Both the position numbers and the translations under genes were made by a program. The notes beneath the pieces were generated by a model. The model was not told the origin of the DNA and did no database searches. It saw nothing but the letters and a program-made list of their open reading frames with translations. Shown one piece after another: positions 58,144 through 64,000 of a DNA stretch of 64,000 nt. Within the stretch, counting starts at the first letter, position 1. Each line of letters begins with the position of its first letter. The stretch covers positions 1 to 64,000 of the IMG/VR virus record IMGVR_UViG_3300030372_002239. The stretch is one strand, 5' to 3'. The stretch comes from an uncultured virus (IMG/VR IMGVR_UViG_3300030372_002239). Its lineage: Duplodnaviria; Heunggongvirae; Uroviricota; Caudoviricetes.

Positions 58144-58499
58144 TGGAACTATACAATTATAAAGCAGAAGTTACCAGAGTTGTTGACGGTGATACTGTTG
58201 ACGCTTTTATTGATCTTGGTTTTGATATGCATTCAAAGCAGCGTGTACGTCTTTACGGTATTAACGCACCGGAGACGCGAACTCGCGACTTGATCGAGAA
58301 GAAGCATGGTAAAGCTGCGACGAGACGTTTGGTTGAGATGCTCAAGGAAAACAAAAACAAATGCATTATAAAAACGTCACTCGACAAGAAAGGTAAATAC
58401 GGTCGTGTGTTAGGCACATTATTCATTGACGACAAAAACCTAAACGAGACTCTGGTAGAAGAAGGTTACGCAGAAACCTACCATGGAGAAAAGCGGTAA
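58143..58499 (+). CDS. Thermonuclease (SNase-like)
   Basis: RVVDGDT, RVRLYGINAPE, GKYGRVLG, LVEEGYA. Confidence 0.9.
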   Translation: MELYNYKAEVTRVVDGDTVDAFIDLGFDMHSKQRVRLYGINAPETRTRDLIEKKHGKAATRRLVEMLKENKNKCIIKTSLDKKGKYGRVLGTLFIDDKNLNETLVEEGYAETYHGEKR

Positions 58500-59985
58500 C
58501 ATACAATTTAAAGACCCTTACGAGATGTTGACCGTTATTGACGACGACATCTTGGAGGGACGCATTTCTCTACACAAATGGCAGCGTGAAATCCTAGAGG
58601 ATTACGGCAAGCCATCAAATGCCAGTAAACCATTCAAGGCCGCAGTAAGAGCGGCGAATGGTTCTGGTAAAGATCAATTTGTTATAGCCCCTTGCGCCTT
58701 ATGGACTTGCATGGCATCAGCTAATGCAGTCTCGATAGTCACAACTGCATCTGGTAATCAGCTAGATCGCCAAACAGACAAGTACATCAAGCAGTTAATG
58801 AACACCATTAACAAGATGTTTGGCACACAAGTCTGGAAGATGAACTATCGTCATTACACCAACTTACTAAATGGCTCAACAATCGAGCTATTCGTAACGG
58901 ACGAGGCTGGTAGAGCAGAGGGTTGGCATCCGGTAGTTCCCGGCGGGGAACTAGCAATATTTGTCTCGGAGGCCAAGTCAGTACCCGACGAGATATTTAC
59001 AGCGTTGGCTCGTTGCACGGGCTTTACTAAACGAGTGGACGTATCTAGTCCCGGCCCACCTTCCGGTCACTTCTACAATATGTGTACTGGAGGTAACTGG
59101 AAGCAATATCATGTCACAGCTTTCGACTGCCCCCATCTATCAGAAGAATACATTGCTGAAATCAAAGACTCGTATGGAGAAACCTCTGCTTTATACAAGT
59201 CTATGATAATGGCTGAGTTTGGTGGTATGGACGAGCAAGTCGTAATAAATCACCAGAAACTTGTAGACTTGGACAAACACGAAATAGAACATCTAGAAGA
59301 AGAATACAACGTAGCTGGCCTTGATTTATCAGCAGGAGGTGACGAGCAAGTTCTAGTAATCCGAAACGGTAACAAAACGCTTGCAGTCGAAGCCTTCAAC
59401 TTTCGAGACACAGTCGCCCTAATAAATCACCTAGAACACTTATTCAGAAAATACAAACTAGACCACGAACAATCAATAATCTACGGTGATGCAGGAGGTT
59501 TAGGCAAACCTATACTCGACCAACTAAAAGCTAACTGGAACGTCACCTACGTCTTAAACCAAGCAAAGCCATACAACAATCTAGCCTACTTAAATCGCGG
59601 TGCAGAACTCTGGTTCAGCGTGGGCAAGTTAATAGAATACGGAGAGATCATGGTTCCTAGAGAATCAAAGCTCCGCAAACAACTAGCATCTCGCTACTTC
59701 GTAGTGACACCGCAAAATAAACTACAACTTGAAAGTAAGAAACAGGCACGATCAAAGGGTCATGTATCGCCTGACAGAGCAGATGCTTTCGTACTTGCGT
59801 TCGCAGACTATCGTGGTATCAAGCCCAAGAAGTTGCGTAAAAAACGCACAGAAAAATTTACACCAAAACAATTTAATTTAACATCAAACAGACAAAGAGC
59901 GGTATTCGGCTTTAACGTAAGATCGAATCCGTGGTTACAAGATGAAATACAACAACTACAAGAATTATCAAGAGGCCGCAACTAA
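58483..59985 (+). CDS. terL: Terminase large subunit
   Basis: RAANGSGKD, FVSEAK, VSSP, GLDLSAGGD, SPDRADA. Confidence 0.9.
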   Translation: MEKSGNIQFKDPYEMLTVIDDDILEGRISLHKWQREILEDYGKPSNASKPFKAAVRAANGSGKDQFVIAPCALWTCMASANAVSIVTTASGNQLDRQTDKYIKQLMNTINKMFGTQVWKMNYRHYTNLLNGSTIELFVTDEAGRAEGWHPVVPGGELAIFVSEAKSVPDEIFTALARCTGFTKRVDVSSPGPPSGHFYNMCTGGNWKQYHVTAFDCPHLSEEYIAEIKDSYGETSALYKSMIMAEFGGMDEQVVINHQKLVDLDKHEIEHLEEEYNVAGLDLSAGGDEQVLVIRNGNKTLAVEAFNFRDTVALINHLEHLFRKYKLDHEQSIIYGDAGGLGKPILDQLKANWNVTYVLNQAKPYNNLAYLNRGAELWFSVGKLIEYGEIMVPRESKLRKQLASRYFVVTPQNKLQLESKKQARSKGHVSPDRADAFVLAFADYRGIKPKKLRKKRTEKFTPKQFNLTSNRQRAVFGFNVRSNPWLQDEIQQLQELSRGRN

Positions 59986-61690
59986 CATACACAAGTTAGT
60001 CGGTATATGTGATGCCCAAAGTGTTCGTGCCAACGACCAACGTCAGCAACGTCGTCTTAACGTCGATCTCGATTTAGAACGTCGCGATGGCTATCTAGCA
60101 CCGGATGAGATTTATATACCAACGCACATCATCGACACAAATATTCGTCGTGAGCAAGCCAAGTATGTTTCGTACATCGTAAACTCAAGACGCACAGCGA
60201 TCTTTTCAAGCTCGACAGACCCAGCGTTTAACACCGGCCCACTAGAGCGAGACTTTACAGAACGCTCACGTTACGACGGTTGGCAGATACCATTATTCCG
60301 AGTCATAGACTGTATGCAGTTGCATGGCTACTGTATTGCAGAAGTAGAATTCGATGACACGAAGCCCGGTCATTTTGGAATAGAATCTGTAAACTACGAG
60401 GACATTGCATTTCCAGATGACACTCGCGACATACAAGCGTGTGGTATGCTAGTTCATCGACATTACTTTACTCGTGAGCAACTGTTGGACATGGTTAAGA
60501 CACGAGACTTTAGCAAATCGGAAGTCGAGGCTTTAGTAGGCGAGCCTGTTGACGAGCAGACGGAATCCTTGTTTAAGATTGAGAAGGTCATGTTTAGAAG
60601 CAAGGGGATAGTTCAAGTGGGGTGGTCTTGCGCAGCTAGATGCAACGACTGGTTGCGCAAGCCACGTCCCCTCTTTTTGGGCAAGCGAGACGCAGAAGGA
60701 GAAATCTACGAGACAGAATATCCATACGTCGTATTCCATTACACAATAGCAGAGGACATGACTATCAAGAATTCTGTTGGTCGTGCCTTCCTAGATAAGC
60801 ACACACAAGAAGCAGTTAGTTCAATGATGTCATCGTTTGTGACTGCACATCGTCGTGCATCTAACTTTTACTTTGCCAAAGACTCTGATGATCCGAATCA
60901 AAGCAACGAGCAAACAAATGTACAGTTTGTTCCCGGCGCACTAATAGATTCAAACGTCAGACAATTCCAACTGTCACCACCTAATGCACAGATGTTATCA
61001 GCGATACAAACATTGATAACACAGAATGCACAGGAGCAATCTCAGATGAACTATGCTGCAATGAATCGACAAGATTCACGCAAAACAGCAACAGAGATTC
61101 AGACAGCAACCGCTGAAGCACAAATGTTATCGGCAACACAAGTTGCATTATTTAGCATCGCCATCAAACGCATCTACGAAAAGTGTTTCGACATATATAA
61201 CTCTCGCGTTCTTGACGGTTTAATTGAACCAAACATCTCACTAGAATACTTTACTGACCACAAGTACAACATGAAACCAGCGGGTGACACCGATGTTGTA
61301 GAGCGACAGGAGAAAGCGTCAAAGATGCTGCAAGTTTGGCCGGTAATTCAACAGAACAGCGCACTCGCAATAGACTACATGAAGGATATGCTGAGTATGC
61401 TATTCCCTGACGAAGCTCCAAAATACATCAACATGATGCAAGAAGATACGGCTCGCGCTCAGTTGATCCAGCAGATGATGACGATAATTCAGAGTCTAGT
61501 CACAGACCCACAAACAGGACAACTAAACCAAGAAGCACAACCGTATGCCCAACAGCTACAACAATTACAACAACAAGTCCAAGCACTTTCGGGAGGCGAC
61601 CAGAAAGGTGCTGGAGGAGCAAGCTCATCAGCAATGGCTGGACAACCCAACAACCAAGGTATTCCTCAACCTACTCAGGCAGGAGCGTGA
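59942..61690 (+). CDS. Portal protein
   Basis: 582 aa after terminase; KTATEI motif; Q-rich tail. Confidence 0.8.
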   Translation: MKYNNYKNYQEAATNIHKLVGICDAQSVRANDQRQQRRLNVDLDLERRDGYLAPDEIYIPTHIIDTNIRREQAKYVSYIVNSRRTAIFSSSTDPAFNTGPLERDFTERSRYDGWQIPLFRVIDCMQLHGYCIAEVEFDDTKPGHFGIESVNYEDIAFPDDTRDIQACGMLVHRHYFTREQLLDMVKTRDFSKSEVEALVGEPVDEQTESLFKIEKVMFRSKGIVQVGWSCAARCNDWLRKPRPLFLGKRDAEGEIYETEYPYVVFHYTIAEDMTIKNSVGRAFLDKHTQEAVSSMMSSFVTAHRRASNFYFAKDSDDPNQSNEQTNVQFVPGALIDSNVRQFQLSPPNAQMLSAIQTLITQNAQEQSQMNYAAMNRQDSRKTATEIQTATAEAQMLSATQVALFSIAIKRIYEKCFDIYNSRVLDGLIEPNISLEYFTDHKYNMKPAGDTDVVERQEKASKMLQVWPVIQQNSALAIDYMKDMLSMLFPDEAPKYINMMQEDTARAQLIQQMMTIIQSLVTDPQTGQLNQEAQPYAQQLQQLQQQVQALSGGDQKGAGGASSSAMAGQPNNQGIPQPTQAGA

Positions 61691-61832
61691 ACGCTTGGTC
61701 AAAGATATAGAATATGTTGCGGTTAAGCGTGGAGTATCGGACTCGGAAGTTCGTATTATTGCTGCACAATTAAAAACAACAGACGACATAATAGAAACCA
61801 TAAATGACAGAAACAGATACAAAGGAAGTTGA
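61545..61832 (+). CDS. Small post-portal protein (start uncertain)
   Basis: QWLDNPTTK motif; overlaps portal 3' end. Confidence 0.55.
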   Translation: MPNSYNNYNNKSKHFREATRKVLEEQAHQQWLDNPTTKVFLNLLRQERERLVKDIEYVAVKRGVSDSEVRIIAAQLKTTDDIIETINDRNRYKGS

Positions 61833-62916
61833 GTTCAACTTTGGCGACATTTCGGTAGGTGAAAGTCTTGAGCCAGAGCAACTTGAAGCGAAAGAACCAG
61901 AAGAACCTACTGAAGAAACACCAGAGGAATCACCAGAGGAAACTACAGAGGAATCTAGTGAAGAATCTACAGAAGACTCGTCTGAAGAATCTAATGAAGA
62001 ACCTAACGAAGATTCAACCGAAGATTCAACCGAAGAATCTAGTGAAGAACTATCGACTGAAGATATTCTTGGTGACCCGCTAGAGGAAAAAGAAGAAAAG
62101 TCTGATGGACGAAGTTACGAAGGTTTTGACGATGAAGATAAACAATATGCAAAGCAGATGTCTAACAATGCGTATGAACACTTCTCGAAAAAACTCAAGG
62201 AACTAAAAACCAAGAAAGACGCAGCAGAAGAAACGCAGGATTTAATGTCTCATCCAGAGGCGTACACGTTAAATCCAGAGTATCAAGAACTTGTCACCGA
62301 TTACGATAAAGCATCGCAAGAACAGGCGCATTGGAAGCGTCAGCTTGTTGCTATTCGTAACGGAGATTCTTGGCGATCAATTGAAGGCTACGATAAAAAC
62401 GGTAAACTTGTACTTGGCAAAGAAGAATACAAGCCAACTGGAGAGTCTGAAATTGATGTGCAATCTGCGCTGACAGAAGCTCAAACATTAAGTAAAAGCT
62501 ACAGCAAACGTGCGCACGACATCCAGAAAAATCACACGAAAGACTACAAAGAGTCTACTGATATGCTGGAAGAAGAACAGCGTAAACAGTTCAAGTGGCT
62601 ACAAGATAAGGAGATGGGCAAAAAAGTTATCGACATACCTAATCTCGGAAAAACCTCGATAAATAAGCTCAGAAAGACGTTTGGCGAAGCTATTCCCAAA
62701 GTATTCACAAACCATCCTATGTCAGAACTTGCCACGAATCTTTGGGTAATGAACCAGATTCTTGCTAAACAACAGCATGAATTAACTCAAAAGATCAAGA
62801 AGCAGAACACAAACAAGAAAGATATGCTTCGCGGAGAACCCAAAGCAACAACATCTGGTGTAGAAGACGACGACATAATTTCTATTTCAGACGGCATGGC
62901 AGACTATTTCTCATAA
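61804..62916 (+). CDS. Capsid scaffolding protein
   Basis: Acidic EESxEE repeats; position between portal and capsid. Confidence 0.7.
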   Translation: MTETDTKEVEFNFGDISVGESLEPEQLEAKEPEEPTEETPEESPEETTEESSEESTEDSSEESNEEPNEDSTEDSTEESSEELSTEDILGDPLEEKEEKSDGRSYEGFDDEDKQYAKQMSNNAYEHFSKKLKELKTKKDAAEETQDLMSHPEAYTLNPEYQELVTDYDKASQEQAHWKRQLVAIRNGDSWRSIEGYDKNGKLVLGKEEYKPTGESEIDVQSALTEAQTLSKSYSKRAHDIQKNHTKDYKESTDMLEEEQRKQFKWLQDKEMGKKVIDIPNLGKTSINKLRKTFGEAIPKVFTNHPMSELATNLWVMNQILAKQQHELTQKIKKQNTNKKDMLRGEPKATTSGVEDDDIISISDGMADYFS

Positions 62917-62921
62917 AATAG

Positions 62922-62937
62922 TGGCACGAAGTTTGCT
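62922..62937 (+). promoter_or_regulatory. Sigma54 (-24/-12) promoter for major capsid gene
   Basis: TGGCACGAAGTTTGCT, full consensus match, 5 bp after scaffold stop. Confidence 0.9.
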
Positions 62938-62946
62938 AGAATACAT

Positions 62947-62997
62947 ACGCTTCTACGCCAAGGGCATGGCACGCTTCTACTTGTGAAGGGCATCACA
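62947..62997 (+). repeat. Tandem RNA-like motif in capsid 5' leader
   Basis: ACGCTTCTAC plus hairpin with AGGGCA loop, twice, with different stem sequences. Confidence 0.7.
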
Positions 62998-63023
62998 CGT
63001 TTAACACTTAAAATTATAATATC

Positions 63024-64000
63024 ATGGCAGTAGCAGGAGTAACGTCAAGCAGCTCGCTTGGCCAAGCATTAGGCACACAGTCAGCATCTAACGAGTTTAA
63101 CAAGTTAGATTTTTACCTAGTTAAGAACGAGGTTGCCCTATTTCCGAAATGGAATGTTTATGATTCCATGTACGGTTCAATCAAGTGGCAACCTAATATG
63201 GGGGAAAAGTTGCACGGTTTAACACCGACACCTAGTCCCGTTTCACGGTCTACATTTGCACCAAATCGTCTCAACGCTGTAGCAAAGAAAGACATCTACA
63301 AGATCGGTGAACGCGAAGAAGAAGCCTACCTATCGTATCACAGGTACGAGAGTGGACGCTTTAGGTTTCTTTCGAGCTTTGAAGATTTTTGGAGAGATCA
63401 GTTGCAATATCAGCATCAAGACATCGTTCGTCAGATTCAGAACTCAAACAACCAGTTTGTGCGTACATTAATGTACTATCAGACACCAGACCTTTACATC
63501 GCTAAAGGTGGTGCTGGTTATCTATCAAGTTCTGTTGATCTCGATGGTGATGCTCAAAAAGCTGCGCTAACGCAAGATCAGATTCGTACTATTGACGATG
63601 ATAATGATAGTACTGCTGGCACGTCGGCGGCTGTTGGCGAAGGTGGAGGACGCGAGTATCGTGATTCACTTGCAAAAGGCGGTTCCGGCCAAGACGCTGG
63701 TGCGTTGACTCTGAAAGACTTGTATAAAGCTATGCTTGTCTTGCAGGAAGACGTACAAGCTGCGCCGTTTGATCGCACTTTTGGAACTCCAAAAACTTCT
63801 GAAATGGTCAAGGGTAAATACATCCTTGTCTGTTCTACAGAGGCTTGGGCATCTCTCTTGTGGGATGACGATTTGAAGAAGCACGGTACTGGTCAAGCAC
63901 TTGCATCTACGAGTCGCGACTTCCTTAAAGAAGGTTTTGCTGGCGACTTGTTCGGCAAGATTACAGTCAAGTACGATCCGTTTCCGCTGCGATTCACAGA
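63024..64000 (+). CDS. Major capsid protein, 3' truncated (not in ORF track)
   Basis: Frame from ATG 63024 (MAVAGVTSSSSLGQ...IKWQPNMG) appears open to the window end; follows scaffold. Confidence 0.7.
   Translation, partial: MAVAGVTSSSSLGQALGTQSASNEFNKLDFYLVKNEVALFPKWNVYDSMYGSIKWQPNMGEKLHGLTPTPSPVSRSTFAPNRLNAVAKKDIYKIGEREEEAYLSYHRYESGRFRFLSSFEDFWRDQLQYQHQDIVRQIQNSNNQFVRTLMYYQTPDLYIAKGGAGYLSSSVDLDGDAQKAALTQDQIRTIDDDNDSTAGTSAAVGEGGGREYRDSLAKGGSGQDAGALTLKDLYKAMLVLQEDVQAAPFDRTFGTPKTSEMVKGKYILVCSTEAWASLLWDDDLKKHGTGQALASTSRDFLKEGFAGDLFGKITVKYDPFPLRFT

Larger units (their letters stand above)
23425..64000. mobile_element. Phage B: near-complete circularly permuted podovirus-like genome
   Basis: Own polymerase, terminase, portal, scaffold, capsid, tail tube and internal proteins; A-rich codon usage; left boundary approximate. 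Confidence 0.85.

Noticed and set aside
61890..62060. 12-bp periodic GAAGAATC-type repeats
   Set aside because: Encode the acidic EESx linker of the scaffold protein; not an array
62967..62982. Second TGGCACG downstream of the capsid promoter
   Set aside because: No -12 element; explained by the hairpin repeat junction
1..64000. tRNA, rRNA, integrase, reverse transcriptase/DGR, phage RNA polymerase, alternative genetic code
   Set aside because: None recognised by eye; genes tile densely under the standard code

Overview
This window is entirely tailed-phage DNA and appears to be two unrelated podovirus-like genomes joined together. Phage A (1 to about 23.4 kb, visibly higher GC) carries a replication module (DUF2800-like nuclease, family A polymerase of the Leu762 type, dNMP kinase, primase, helicase, iteron-like origin), a leftward block of small early genes, and a terminase-portal-scaffold-capsid-tail fibre operon. 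Phage B (about 23.4 kb to the end, lower GC) is a near-complete, circularly permuted genome with lysis and basic-protein genes, tail and internal virion genes, a leftward replication module (UDG-fused His762 family A polymerase), early genes, and a second terminase-portal-scaffold-capsid operon. The main finding is in phage B. It encodes a stand-alone sigma54 activator, a bare bEBP AAA+ domain with no sensor domain and no DNA-binding HTH, as the last gene of its sigma70-type early block. Three intergenic -24/-12 promoters (TGGCACGAA-N3-TGCT) sit at the heads of the replication, packaging and major capsid units. This suggests a phage transcription cascade that switches host RNA polymerase from sigma70 to sigma54 using a phage-encoded enhancer-binding protein. 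All calls come from reading motifs by eye; no database searches were run.
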